Positions 48,772-63,236 of a stretch of DNA of 64,000 nucleotides are shown piece by piece. Location of the stretch: the NCBI GenBank assembly GCA_951406725.2, contig OX597817.1, positions 78,864,001 through 78,928,000 on the forward strand, read 5' to 3'. The stretch comes from Octopus vulgaris (lineage: Eukaryota). Both the position numbers and the translations under genes were made by a program. The notes under the pieces are model-generated. The model ran no database searches. It saw only the letters and a list, made by a program, of their open reading frames with translations, and was not told where the DNA came from. Every line of letters starts with the position of its first letter. The first letter of the stretch is position 1.

Positions 48772-49150
48772 TATATAAAGATGAGAATGTGTGTCTGTCT
48801 GTGTGTCGGTCTGTCTGTGTAAATCCCTAAAACTCAAGAACTACACAACCAATTTCATTCAAATTTTACACATGTAGTGTCATAAGCCAAAACATTTTTC
48901 AACTTCTTGCCTAATGTGAGCCCACTATTTCAGTATTACATCTCTATTGTAATGTGAGATAATATTTCAGTTTGAAAGAAGTCTGTCCTATATATATATA
49001 TTCCTTATGCATTCCAAAACCGAGTTACTAATTTTGATGTATGGGGCATCAAAAACTTCAGTACTATTTTGATTACAAATTAAACTTAATTTCCATTCAC
49101 ATATTTGCGTTTCAAAAATTTAACATAACCTTTATCATAAATCAACTATC
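48772..49150 (+). mobile_element. Helitron-like non-autonomous 5' region
   Basis: ATATATAAAGATGAG..TGTCTGTCTG..CCAATTTCATTCAAATTTTACAC. Confidence 0.4.
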
Positions 49151-49194
49151 ATAAACATTTTATGCAATAGCTCCTGTGCAAAAAACACCATTTG

Positions 49195-49564
<370 letters not shown>

Positions 49565-50130
49565 TACATGAGTTAGTATACACTTGTCTTGACATCAGAT
49601 GATGTTCATAAAACCAACATCACCATCATACAACAGTATTCTACATTTCTAGTCTTCCACGAGAAACAATGTCTGGCTATTGGGAAAGTATTATCTTACT
49701 TAGAAACAGGAGACTGTTGGTTAAAGAAATGGCATCTGACTTAGAAAAATCTGCCTCGTTGAATTCCATCTGACCCGAGCAAGTTTGTAAAAGTGAACTT
49801 TAAAACTGATGATGATGACTATGAGGATGATAGCGAGAATTTGATTTTAAATACTTTCATCAATGATCTTAAATTGGATTTTACTAGCATGATTGATCAG
49901 TGCAGTTCACAATTTCAGTTGTTTTTACATTGCTTTAGATAGCCATTTTTCTTTTCCTTTTAGCAATGGGATGAAAATTGATTTTACCCAATCATTTAGC
50001 CATTAACTTTAGTTCCCGTTTTACTCTTATTTGTTATTATTATTATTATTGTTTTGTTGTTGTTGTTGCTATTATCTATTATCATTATTATTATTGTTAT
50101 TATTATTATTATTATTGTTATTATTATTTT

Positions 50131-51085
50131 AAGGTGACAAGCTAGCAGAATTGCTAGCATGCCAGGCAAAAATACTTAGCTGCATTTCATTTGTCAATAT
50201 GTTCTGAGATCAAATTCCACCAAGGTTGACTTTGCCTTTCATCCTTTCAGGGTCAATAAAGTACCAGTTGCACACTGGGGTCGATTGTATAGACTTAGCC
50301 CTGTCCCCATCAAATTCCAGGCTTTGTGCCCAACGTTTTATTAACACATATCGAGGAAATCTTCAGAGAAGTAGAGATTGTGCCAGGGTTATCAAAAGGG
50401 GATATAATCATCAGTGGAGGTACATGGTTTAGTGGTTAAGGTGTCAAACTCATTCTTTTATTCTTTTACCTGCTTCAGTCATCTAACTGAGGCCATGCTG
50501 TGGCACTGTCTTTAGTCAAGAAAACCATCCCCAGGATTTATTCTTTGAAAGTCTAATATTTATTCTATTGGTCTCTTTTGCCAAACCACTAACTCATGGG
50601 GATGCAAACAAACCAGCATTGGTTGTCAAGCGATGTTGGGGGGGGGGGGTCAAACACAGACACACACAAACATGCACATGCACACACACACACATATACA
50701 ATTGGCTGCTTTCAGTTTCGGTCTACCAAATCCACTCACAAAGCTTTGATTGGCCTAAGGCTACAGTAGAAGACACTTGCCCAAGGTGCCATGCAGTGGG
50801 ACTGAACCTGGAACTATGTGCTTGGTAAGCAAGCCACTTACCACATAACCACTCCTGTGCCTCCACACAACCATTCCTGCACCTCATGATCATAAGATTG
50901 TAGTTTCAATTCCTGGACAGGGTAACGTATTGTGCTCTTGAGCAAAACACTTCATTTCACATTGCTCCAGTCCACTCAGCTGGCAAAAAAGAGTAATCCT
51001 GAAATGAACTGGCGTCCCATCCAGGTAGGGAATTTATTTGCAATAAAACTGGGAAACCAGCCCTTATGAGGAGGTATAACCCAAG
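50131..51085. mobile_element. SINE B (+, 50131-50330), then SINE C (+) split by nested SINE A (-, about 50453-50883)
   Basis: C head stops at ..GTGTCAAACTCA (50452) and resumes TCATGATCATAAGATTG (50885). Confidence 0.85.
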
Positions 51086-51688
51086 AAGGTAACATAATGT
51101 CTATATGATCATCAGTAACCTTCAATACACAGATGGCATTCACTTTTGCATAACATGTATGTATATATGTGTGTATATGTGTATATATTCTTTAATTTAC
51201 CTCTGTTTCATCATGCTGAGTAGTTGTATACATACTGAAACCTTGCATTACAGCCAGATACCCTTCCTGTCACTTAACCTTACCCAATTTTCAACTAATG
51301 GACTTTTATATTCAACATATCTTCAAAAATGCTGAGCTATGGGTCAAGTGGTTAACAGGTAATGTCAAAGAAAGCATCACCATTTTTCTTGTATCTTCAC
51401 TAGAGATTAGCACATTTCTGATTCTGTAGCATTCATAAACATATATGGATGCATGATATCTCATCAGCTGAATAATAAAGGGATTCAAAAGAGAATTACA
51501 CTATTTATATGCAATCAGGATTAAAACCTGATAAAGACAATATAAGAATATATGTGCAGTTATTGCATATGTGTGTGCATGTGTATGCATATTCACACAC
51601 ACACACACACATATATCAAATGGATGTCTTATAAAACTGTTCCATACATACAATAACAGCCGTGCCAACAAACAATCCAATACACCTC

Positions 51689-52146
51689 CATCATCATCAT
51701 CATCATCATCATCGTTTAGCGTCCGTTTTCCATGCTAGCATGGGTTGGACGTTCTACTGGGGTCTGTGAAGCCAGAAGGCTTCATCAGGCCCAGTTCAAA
51801 TCTGGCAGTGTTTCTACAGCTGGATGCCCTTCCTAACGCCAACCACTCCGTGAGTGTAGTGGGTGCTTTTTACATGCCACCCGAACAGGTGCCAGACAGA
51901 GCTGGCAAACGGCCACGAACGGATGGTGCTTTTTACGTGCCACTGGCACGGGGGCCAGGCGAGGCTGGCAATGGACACGAACGGACGGTGCTTTTTACGT
52001 GCCACCGGCACGAGGCCAGTCAGGGCGGCGCTGGCAACGGTTGCGAAACGGAAAGTTCTCTTACATGCCACCGGCACTGGTAACACATCTGCAATTTCCA
52101 TTGATCGATTTCGATTCTGATCCTCACTTGCCTCAACAGGTCTTCA
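51689..52146 (-). mobile_element. young RTE 3' end with tandemly repeated CpG-rich UTR unit
   Basis: (GAT)n tail and CCATGCTAGCATGG palindrome; about 62-bp unit GTGCTTTTTACGTGCCAC..GGCAA.GG..CG.ACGG x3 plus a partial fourth. Confidence 0.8.
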
Positions 52147-52180
52147 TATATATATATATATACATATACCTATACATATG

Positions 52181-52215
<35 letters not shown>

Positions 52216-53294
52216 CATATATGTAGTTTGATTTTATTTTCAAGTGTCTTAAGCAAGATATTCAAGATTTTGTTTCCATTAGCAGCTTGAAAATTAGGCA
52301 TAGGCAGTATGTTTCCATCCTGGTAGAGTTAGTTATTTTATATATCGTATTCTTCTCCACCACCACCACCACCCACCCACTCCCCCCCCCTATCTGGATG
52401 CAATCTGCTTTTGATCAAACGGTATGTTTCCATTTTTGTCCTTAATGTTACCATTTCGTTTGCTCGTGCATTTGTTGTTTGTTATCTCGTTTATTTTATC
52501 ATACATTTTCTTTAGATTTTATGTTGCTTGTTATGTTTTTCAACTACTTGCTATTGATCATCCAGCCATTTCCTCTTTTGTTATTGTTGTTGTTCTTGTT
52601 GTTTTATTTTTCTGTTTTGTTTTTTTGTTTTCTACATTCATAACAGACCTCTCTTATTTATTCTTTCTTTCTTCCAGTTTTGATAGAATTTCATCAGTCA
52701 TCCATTTTTATATTTTCTTCTTCTCGTTTTCTTTTCCCTTTCAGGCATTGTTTTCTTTAGCGATGTTTGCATGCAAATTTTAATTGTATTCCATTTGTCT
52801 TCTATGCATTCTTTATTATAACCTCTTCATATTTCTTGCCATTCATTGTGTAAATATTCATACTTGTGTTCATATTTCCACTTTATATTTCTATATATAT
52901 ACATATTTTTGTCTGTATTTTTGCAAGGTTTACATTTTACTGTTCTCATCTTTTAGCTATTTTCATTTCCCTAAGTTTGATTTTTAATTTAATTATCACT
53001 GGATTATAGCCTGGATGGATATCTGCTCCAGGGTATATTTATGCTAGTTCCACAATTTCTAAACCATCGGTTTATCAGTCTATGTAATTTCTTGTTATGT
53101 CACTTGGACTCCTTTATCATAAATTTGTCAGTGATTGCTACATAGAGTATTTGTGATGGTTAAATAGTTTTTTAGTATGTTGGTTGGTCATACATTTTTC
53201 TTTGACTGCTCACAATGTGAGGTAAGTTGCATGCATAGACAATGATCACACTAAAGTTTAATTATTGAGTTTTCAAATATTTTATTAATTTGCA

Positions 53295-53526
53295 TAGGTG
53301 CAGGTGTAGTAAAAAGCTTGCTTCCAACTACATGGTTCCAGGTTCAGTCCCACTCTGTGGCACCTTGGGCAAGTGTCTTCTACTATAACCTCGGGCCGAC
53401 CAAAGCCTTGTGAGTGTATTTGGTAGATGAAAACTGAAAGAAGTCCATCGTATATATAGCCTCAATTTTGAGCAAAGCCTTGTGAGTGGATTTAGTAGAT
53501 GGAAACTGGAAGAAGCCAGTTGTACG

Positions 53527-53599
<73 letters not shown>

Positions 53600-54705
53600 G
53601 CAGGAGTGACTGTGTGGTGGTGAGTAGCTTGCTTACGAACCACATGGTTCTGGGTTCAGTCCCACTGCGTGGCACCTTGGGCAAGTGTCTTCTACTATAA
53701 CCTCGGGCCGACCAAAGCCTTGTGAGTGGATTTGGTAGACGAAAACTGAAAGAAGTCCATCGTATATATGTATATGTATATATATGTGTGTGTGTGTTCG
53801 TGTGTCTGTGTTTGTCCCCCAACATAGCTTGACAACTGATGCTGGTGTGTTTACATCCCAGTAACTTAGTGGTTCAGCAAAAGAGACCAATAGAATAAGT
53901 AATAGGCTTACAAAGAATAAGTCATGTGGTCGATTTGCTCGACTAAAGGTAGTGCTCCAGTATTGCCACAGTCAAATGACTGAAACAAGTAAAATAGTAA
54001 AAGAGTATACATGTGTGTGTGTCTGTGTGCATGTGTATATATGTGTGTGTGCTTGTGTGTGTGTATATGTATATGTATGTATATATATATATACACATCT
54101 ATGCCTGTGTCTCTTTGTTTGTACCCCAAAACCGCTTGACAACTGGTGCTGGTTTGTTTACCAAGCAGTCTGACAAAAAATACCAATAAAATAAGTACCA
54201 GGCTTGAAAAGAATCTAAGTACTAAGAGTTCCTCAAGGTAGTGCCCCAGCATGGCCACAGTCTAATGATTAAAATTGTTTTGTTAAATTTACATGGCTGG
54301 GTGCAGGCGTGGCTGTGTGGTAAGAAGATTGCTTCCCAACTACATAGTTCCAGGTTCAGTTCTACTGTGACACCTTGGGCATGTGTCTTCTACTCTAGTC
54401 TTGGATTGACCAAAGCCTTGTGAGTGGATTTGGTAGACGGAAACTGAAAGAAGCCTGCCGTATACATATGTGTGTGTGTGTGTGTATGCATATATGTAGT
54501 TGTGTATCTGATTTTGTCCTCCTGCCATTGCTTGACAATCGATGATGGTGTGTTAAAGTCCCTGTAACTTAACAGTTTGGCAAAAGGGACTGAGAGAATA
54601 AGTCCTAAACTTACAAAAAATAAGTCCTGGGGTCGATTTGCTCAACTAAAGGTGGTGCTCCAGCATGGCTGCTGTGAAATGACTGAAACAAGTAAAAGAG
54701 TAATA
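53295..54705 (+). mobile_element. tandem cluster of SINE A copies
   Basis: Heads at about 53297, 53599 and 54300; tails at about 53990, 54270 and 54700; internal (TA)n/(TG)n. Confidence 0.9.
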
Positions 54706-55347
54706 GTGTATATGTGCATCCAATAAGCTATGGAATAACTTCAACAAACATAATGGTTAGGAATCTTTTGGTATTTGATTTGCTGGAGAACATTACGAAG
54801 TAGTGCAAGGAATTTAAATCACTGCCTATAATTAACATATTTCTCAGAACTACAAGTTAAGGTTGGAACCTTTTGTTGAATATGATATAAGAATGTTACA
54901 TAAGAAAAGTGAAAGAGAGAGAGAAAGAGAGAGAACATTATGATGAGACAAGTGACATAAATTGCTCTAGATGGCTATTGTTTCTCACAAACTAACACCA
55001 CACATAAGAAGTAGGAAAGACAGTAAATTTGATGGATGGCATATGAAATAATGTACGAATTATTAGAAAATCATATCTTAGATTTTATAGCAGTTTTATG
55101 TAATGTCTTAAATAAGTGAGAATGAATAGACACCTCAGATGAAATAATCTATATTCATTCCATTACAAAAAGACAAAGAAAAGACTCAAAACTGCTCAAA
55201 TTTTTGACCCTTAAGACTGACAAATCATGTGATTAAACTATCTTGAAAAAAATACTTCCTACAAAGAATTAAAGCCAGAATAAATGAACAACAAAGTTGA
55301 TTTAGACCAGGAACTCTTCAAGGAACATCCAACCAAAGTGGCTATAG

Positions 55348-55745
55348 CTGCAGGCATTGCTGTGTGGTAAGAAACTTGCTGCCAACTCACATGGTTCTGG
55401 GTTCACCCGCTGTGTGGCACATTGGGTAAGTATCTGCTACTATAGTCATGGGCTGACGAAAGCCTTGTGAGTGGATTTGGTAAATGGAAACTGAAAGAAG
55501 CACATCATGTGTGTGTGTATATTTGTGTGTGTGTTTCTCTGTTTGTTCTCCTCCCATCGCTTGACAACTAATGCTGGTGTCTTTATGGCCCTGTAACTTA
55601 GTGGTTTGGCAAAAGAGACCAATAGAGCAAGTACTAGAATAAGTCTTGAGGTCAATTTCTCCAACTCAGACACTTTAAGGCAGTGCTCTAGCATTACCAT
55701 AGTCAAATGACTGAAACAAATAAAAGAATAAAGGAATAAAAGTAT
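55348..55745 (+). mobile_element. SINE family A, full length
   Basis: As other copies. Confidence 0.85.
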
Positions 55746-55850
55746 GTAAATGAGCTTTCCATATAAACCAATACTTATATGTTTCATTTATTACGTAAAA
55801 GCATTTTGAGGATCTTAGTGATTAATTCATTGTTAGTAATACACAGTATA

Positions 55851-56345
55851 GTGGAGGTGCATGGCTTAGTGGTTAGGGTGTCAACATCATGATCATAAGA
55901 TTATGGTTTCAATTCCTGGACTGGGCGACATGTTGTGTTCTTGAGCAAAACACTTCATTTCACTTTGCTCCAGTCCACTCAGCTGGCAAAAAAGAGTAAC
56001 ACTGTGATAGACTGGCGTCCCTTCCAGCTGGGGAACACGTACGCCATTGAAACCGAGAAAATGGTCCCGTGAGCCTGGCTAGGCTTTAAAATGGCACAGC
56101 GGAGGCACATGGCTTAGTGATTAGGGTGCTAGCATCATGATCGTAAGATTGTGGTTTCAATTCCTGGACTGGGCGATGCGTTGTGTTCTTGAGCAAAACA
56201 CTTCATTCCACATTGCTCCATCCACTCAGCTGGCAAAAATAAGTAATGCTGTGATGGACTGGCATCCTGTCCAGTTGGGGAACACATACGCCATTGAAAC
56301 TGGGAAACCAGGCCCATGAACCTGGCTAGGCTTTAAAAGGGCGCA
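55851..56345 (+). mobile_element. head-to-tail dimer of SINE C
   Basis: Two units of about 245 bp (55851-56097 and 56100-56345), each GGAGG..ATGGCTTAGTG..CCTGGCTAGGCTTTAAAA. Confidence 0.9.
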
Positions 56346-56921
56346 TTTATTATTTTTTAATACACAGTATAAGATACAATGTGTGTGAAAGTGAGAAAGA
56401 GTAAACTGATATTTATTTGAGTTTCCACATATCTTTATTAACCAAAACATTTGCTTTTACATGCATACAAGTATTTGGTTAAATGAAACAACATCCATGA
56501 GATATAGAATGGCATAGTTAAAAGTCTTATGTAATACAATATGCTATATAATGATATGAAAATAGTTCTTAGTTATTGCAGACAGAATAAGTAGAAAGAT
56601 TGAGAACTATTACATATAAGTAATGCATACATGATTCATCAGTACAGCTCAACATCTTTGCTGTTTGTTGAGCATGACACAAGCATGTTAAATAAGGATA
56701 TGTAGAAAAGAGGTGAGAGAATATCTTGTGCAAAAAGCAACTTGTTTCCATGGGTTTAATTCACTAGATTTATATAATGTTTGGCAAAAATTTCTAGGAC
56801 TTTCAATCAAATTATTTAGTAGGAAAACTCACAGACTTCCTTTAAATTTTACTGCATTAACCATGTCACATCATTGGCCAAATCAAGTACACATTAGTGT
56901 CTAGTCTAGAAATCTGTTTAA

Positions 56922-57142
56922 CCATTTTGTTACCAACCTGGCTGAAACCAGCTCTGGCTCTAAGTACAAATGTCTCGTTTCCATAAGTTTTGAATTAAAA
57001 TCTTTCACCAAACCTTAGTCACAATTTATGTTCCTAATACTAGCTGAATGATAACTAAGTTATTTTACTAAATTCTTTCTCATATTTAAAGTAATTGAAA
57101 GAAACATAGAGCATCTCAAAATAAAATACAGTAACAAAAGGG
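56922..57142. mobile_element. piggyBac-like MITE
   Basis: TTAA-CCATTTTGTTAC ... GTAACAAAAGGG-TTAA: TTAA duplication and 12-bp TIR with one mismatch. Confidence 0.8.
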
Positions 57143-57194
57143 TTAAACTGAGGTTCTAATTAGAAATTTGCATAAGGTGGTTTCGAATCTTGGC

Positions 57195-57790
57195 AGAGAC
57201 CTCACTACAGGCATTTGACAAAGTAAAACATGTGAAGACATTTGATTGTCTATCAGAACTCAGAACATGTGGCAAAGGCTTCCAAATAATATCAAAACTA
57301 TTGTGCAACCAAATGGCAGTGATAAGAATTGAATAGGGAAAACCTCAGAAATGAGTCAAACAAGGCCTATTTGACCCATATATATATTGAGATCTTCAGA
57401 GAAGTAGAAGATATGCCATGATTGTTAATAGGAGATATTATCATCAATCATCTTTGATATGCAAATTGACATCCTTGTTATATGTTTCAAAGCAGGTTAC
57501 ATACAGAATCTTATAACCATAAAGAATGACAAGGTAATACCTCATGGAATTGAAATATATGTATCAAAAACAAAGTCAGTGGTAATCAACAAGAAAAAAC
57601 AATTGGAAGAAGACCATCTGAGCAAATGTCAAAGATAAAAAAATATGCAGGGTATATACAGTAAGAAAATAAGAAATGTGTAACAAGTATCAAAAGAATG
57701 ACTGAGACAGGTAGAAAGCCATGTGACAAAATAACAAGTTTACAAGAATTAAAAATATTAATTACAAAACAAAAAAAGTTTAAGTGTTAA
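57195..57790 (+). mobile_element. decayed RTE-like RT fragment
   Basis: AFDKVKH..CGKGFQIISKLLCNQMAVIRI and INHL*YA remnants. Confidence 0.65.
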
Positions 57791-57814
57791 TGTTATGTGT
57801 GTTGTGTTCTTGGG

Positions 57815-58045
57815 CAAGACACTTTACTTCATGTTACTCCAGTTCACTCAGCTGTAGAAATGAGTTGCAAGATCACTGGTGCCAAGCTGTATCAGCATTT
57901 GCCTTCCCCTTGGATAATATCAGTGGTGTGGAGAGGGGAGGCTGTATGCATAGGTGACTGCTGGTCTTCCATAAGCAGCCATACCTAATTTGTGCCTCAG
58001 AGAGTGCAATCCCATGGTCATTCATGACCAAAGGGTTCTTTACCC
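57815..58045 (+). mobile_element. SINE C-related, headless
   Basis: Matches 40355-40590; another copy at about 63300-63480. Confidence 0.8.
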
Positions 58046-60218
58046 TTATTAATGTTATGTTAATGGCCGTGGAATTAAGATGTTTCCTTTCCAAACATGT
58101 GGTTGAATGCCTTTCCTAAAGTCAACCACTTAATAGCATGTAGAAGGTGCTTTTTTTTTCTGTACCACTCACACTAGCTGAGCTTACCATGAGGCTTACA
58201 AGACTACAAACCCTGAGGAAGAAGACAGCTTTTTGCTAGGAGATGAGGGGGATAAAATGTGAATATAATGGCCAAAATAGAACAGGTATTCTTATTGTAG
58301 AGAAGCTACATGACAATTCACATTTTAGATGAGAGGTAAGGAGTGTTCAGGAAAAAGAGATGGAAAGAGATAAAAATATATTGGTGATGAGGTGTTTGTA
58401 TGAACTCTCAAGGTACAAGATGAGCAGAAGTGTGGACAGAAGAACCAAGCATGTGCATGGGTGGAAGTTGTGAGAGTATGTGGGAGAGTGGGAAGCGAAG
58501 AATAGATTAGAGAATGATGCTAATTGTTCTGTATCAGCTGAGATATTTATCATAAAAGATATGAAATATTATACATTTATAAATAATAATATGAGACTTA
58601 GCAATAACAACAAACGCATTAACAGGAAGTGATCCACCCTGATCTTCTCTACTTGGAATATAGGGTTGCCATTAAGATCACAGTTAGCTCCTTACTTCCC
58701 CATCTCTCTCTCTCTCTCTCTTTTTTCTCTCTCTCTCAGTTAATTTGAAGCAAATTCCAGAGCAAAACAAAACGGTATATGATGTCCATGATGAGTTAAC
58801 TGTTTCAGTACTGGCGACTCACAAATAAATTGGTAATTTTATCTACCAGTGTAAAATGGTTTATATTTTGAATACCATCAGCTGTTTGTGGCTTAGTTCT
58901 CAATCTCTAATTATATAATTTTTATATATTTGGACGTTAAATGAGGATGATGTTGATGATGATGATGATGATGATACATGTATCTTTCTATCTCGCTCTC
59001 AACACATTCATGTATTTATTTGTGTGTGTGTGTGTGTTGTGTGTGTATGTATGTGCATGTGTATGTACATAAATATATATTTGTATTTATATATTTAGAC
59101 ATATGTATATGCACCTGTATATTTATTTATTATCTATCAATATACATACATATATGTGTGTCTGTTTGTTTGTTTGCTTGTGTATGTGTGCATGCATGCA
59201 TGCATGCATGTTTATGTGTGTGCAGCAAAACCTTCATAAACTAGAAATCCTTGAACTAGCATTACTCTTAGGAGAATTAGACCTATGAAGGACAATCTTA
59301 CAATATCAATGTATGGCAAAATACATACATTGAAACAACCAAGAAACCAAGAATACTTAAACAAGTTTGACCCTACAAGAACTAAAATTTCAATGAAAGC
59401 AACTTAGAACATTATAACATAAAATATGAAAATTTCCCACTTAACAAGCACAGCAAATATATAGATCCTTCATCAGCTGCCTAACTGTTATCATTATGGT
59501 TTCAACACCTCAGCAGTAGCATTCAATCTGACAGGATAAGTAGCATTAAAAACATAGACATAGCATGGGAATAAACCATTAGTGCAATATGTCTTTTATT
59601 TCTACAGATGCTTATTGTTAGAAATGTAAATATCAAATCTCAAACATAAATGATTACATGACTATAGGTAAGAAGCACAGAAATTGAAAAATAAAACATA
59701 GAAAACAAAGAAATGCCATCAAAATGCATATTGCCACCTGAAGAATTATAGAACTTAAAAACTATAGAACATTAAAATGAACAAACGAACTAAATGTTTT
59801 GAAAAAGGTGATATTGAACAATATCAGAAGCAAGCTGCAAATATATGAAATGGAAAATAATAACCTCAGGAAAATAATAGCCTATAACATAAATTAATTA
59901 AAGAACATAAACTATTAGATATTGCCATCTAGCAATCTATAACACATATTTAAAACATGAAAACATTAATAAAGCTAAACAGAATAACTTATAACTTAAA
60001 CTATTAAGCTTCGGTTATCTTAAGATATGACACAGGAATAAACCAATGTAGACCAATAACTATTGAAAATAAAACCTTGATTATAGAAAATATATTTAAA
60101 CAAATATTTCCATCTATAAAACAGACAAATAATATAAAGCAGAATAAAATGCCAAATTGTAACGAAACATTCACATGTAAACTACCAAACATTATCAAAA
60201 CAAGGTAAATGTAATCTA

Positions 60219-60690
60219 AAGGTCATCATTGACTTATGAACCGTCCGACTTATGACCGATCAACTTTATGGCAATTGGCGTGCCAACTCCCAGCAGCAAT
60301 AATAAATAGTCCAGCTGGAATCTAATGGGTTTAATTTCTTAGAAATTAACCCATCTACGAATGGTGTCAGCTAACAAGCACTTCCCCTGGGTTTGATTAT
60401 CAATTGCCACTGTGATTATCCCAAGTGTTGGATGAATATCTTGTCACGGAGACATCAAGGCAACCTTATATTCGTTTATAAGACGATTGCTTGAGACACC
60501 AAAAGTTTTGACTAACACCTGTGTAATAGTATGATACAAAATGCTGCTTATGACTTTTACATGAGAATGTACCTTAAGAATGCAAAAATATAAAACAAAG
60601 CTATGTATAAGCCTATAGGCTGACTTCTAACCAAATCAACTTTGACCAGTCAGATGGAACCAATTGTGGCCATAAGCCAATGATGATCTG
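60219..60690. mobile_element. pogo/Tigger-like MITE
   Basis: Left (A)AGGTCATCATTGACTTATGA and right (reverse complement) CAGATCATCATTGGCTTATGG; subterminal GACTTATGA repeats. Confidence 0.7.
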
Positions 60691-60804
60691 CAAATGTAAA
60701 TAGAATAATGTATCACTTTCAGTAAGAAAAAAATTAATGTGGACCTTTAACTATACTTAAAATTAATATTTCCACCTAAAAAATTGACTAAGACAAATTA
60801 TCTT

Positions 60805-61215
60805 TTTATCTTTTACTAGTTTCAGTCATGTGACTGCAGTTATGCTGGGCAACTTTTAGACAAATGGATCGACCCTAGTACTTATTTATTTTTGAAGTCT
60901 AATGCTCATTCTCTCAGTCTCTTTTGCTGAACCACTGATGTTCCTGAGATGTAAACACACCTATACCAGTTATCAAGCAGTAGCAGAGAACAAAGACAGA
61001 CACAAAGACACACACACACACACACACACAAACACACCATCATCATCATCACCATTTAACGTTGGACGGTTTGACTGAAAACTGGTAAGCTGGGAAGCTG
61101 CACCAGGTTCCAATCTGATCTGGCATGGTTTCTACATCTGGATGCTCTTCCTAATGCCAACCACTCCAAGAGTGTAGCGGGTGCTTTTTACATGTCATTG
61201 GCATAGGTGCCAATG
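60805..61215 (-). mobile_element. SINE A 3' half followed by RTE tail
   Basis: A tail 60805-61030, (CA)n, then (CAT)n-RTE tail 61038-61215. Confidence 0.75.
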
Positions 61216-61431
61216 ATGTGACACACAAGATACAAGGAAATAAAAAAAAAAGCAAAGACTTACCTCTTTACTTAATCATTGTTTACTGCCAAAAAGATTA
61301 TTTATGATTATTTCTAATGGGGAAACTCAAAGTTGATAAAAATCAAATAACAACATGTAGAATATTAGGTTAAAAACCTTCAATTTGTTTTCCATCTGAG
61401 GACTATTTTAAACTAATACTCTTCATAGCTT

Positions 61432-62050
61432 TATAATAATAATAATGAAATTATTGTATACAGTGCTCAGGTACACCACAACTTGTCAAAAGTGCATATA
61501 AAGATATGCAATAATGACTGGAAAGTGAACAATGTATGAATCAGATACATGCTTGTGTGTGTATGGAGGGGAGAAAATCAGGTGTAGTGTTGGTGAATCT
61601 CAGGAAGCATGGAAGTTTGGAAGGATGCAGTGCTCCGACAACTAACAACTGATGCTGGCAGTTTGTTCCATGCTTCAGCAACTCTTAGCATGAAAAAGTG
61701 TTTCTGAAAGTCATGGGAGCTGCTGTTTTCTGACTTTGTAAACATCTCCACAGGTGTTAGACAGGTGGAGTTTGAAAAGGTGCTCAGAGTTATTGTTAGT
61801 AAGATGGTTAACAATTTTATGGGTGTCTGCCTAGTCAGCTGCCAGACGTTGGAGTTTCAATGTATCCATGCCCAGGGAAGTAAGGCATTCAGAATATGGC
61901 AAATGCCTGATGGTGGGTATTCTCTTGGTTGCACATTACTGAATGGTTTCCAGACAATTAATATCCTGGGCAAGATAGGGGTTCCAGACCGGTGATGCAA
62001 ATTCCGGGTGAGGTCGCACCATAGCTGTATAAAGCACATTAAATAACATC
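61432..62050 (-). mobile_element. CR1-clade LINE 3' end with (TTA)n tail
   Basis: MVRPHPEFASPVWNPYLAQDINCLETIQ*CATKRIP and KHFFMLRVAEAWNKLPASVVSCRSTASF. Confidence 0.9.
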
Positions 62051-62314
62051 TTCCTACTGCTTCATTTTTGTATCTGGTATGCAAGATTCTTTATGTGAAT
62101 TCATGTGATTAGGGACATAATGATTCTCACTAGACACAACAAAAATGTTGTCCAACTTGCCTTTAAAAAGTCTGGTTGGATATGGTTCGAAATGCTTTGA
62201 TTATAGGTCTGTTCAGTCAAGGTTGACCAGGGGACCAGCAACAATAGCAATAACAACAGCATTTTTCTTAAGGAGAAAGATAGAAACTATCCTCTACTTT
62301 AATATACTGTGTGA

Positions 62315-62515
62315 CTAGGACAGCAAGTTGGCAGAACCATAAGCATGCTGGGTAAAATGCTTCGTCTGTATGATCCGAGTTCAAATTCCACCTAGGTCAA
62401 ATTTACATTTTATCCTTTCAGGATTGGTAAAATATGTACCAGTTAAGCACTATGGTTGATGTAATCAACTTACCCACTCCCTGGAGTTGCTGGCCTTCGG
62501 TCAAAATTTGAAACC
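62315..62515 (+). mobile_element. SINE family B, decayed
   Basis: AAGTTGGCAGAACC..GAGTTCAAATTCC..CCTTTCAGG. Confidence 0.75.
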
Positions 62516-63167
62516 AATCTATTGTATGCCTGAAGCACAATTTCCATGAATGGACAACAAGGGAACAGAGGGGGAGATAAATCTCAGCCCTATCTATATG
62601 GAATGCATTGTGGTATCCACAATAGACTACCTCACAGATATGTTAACTGATAGTCAGACATTAATGAAATAAGCCAGAATGGTCAGCCAATGTCCTGAGA
62701 TTAACTAAAGAGTTATTTCCAAGATAACAAAATTATATGACAAAATTCTAAGTTCTTGTTTCCTCTCCACTCATAAAAGTGATAGATTCTGATCAAGAAC
62801 CAACATTATTCTGACAGAATTGTCTCACAAGAGGATCGTGGGGATGGAAAAATGCAGGTTGTTAACTACTATTGAGTCTACCATTTGGGACACTTCAATG
62901 AAGTAGATAATATATGTACATTTACTCTATCTATCTATCACTCTATTTATCTATTTATCACTCTATCTATCTATTTATATATATATATGTAAATACATAC
63001 ATATTCACACACACACATATATATGTATGTATATGTATGCATATGAGTATATATATATATATATGCTTCTATATCTATGTGTATGTGAGTTGTTGTATCT
63101 GTATACTTTGAGATAAACCGAACATAGTTAACCATTAATTATATTTGTATTTGATCACTATCACCCT

Positions 63168-63236
<69 letters not shown>

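Noticed and set aside
51860-52082. CRISPR-like repeat-spacer array
   Set aside because: The units are diverged tandem duplications whose 'spacers' are similar to each other, inside a eukaryotic LINE UTR, with no cas genes.
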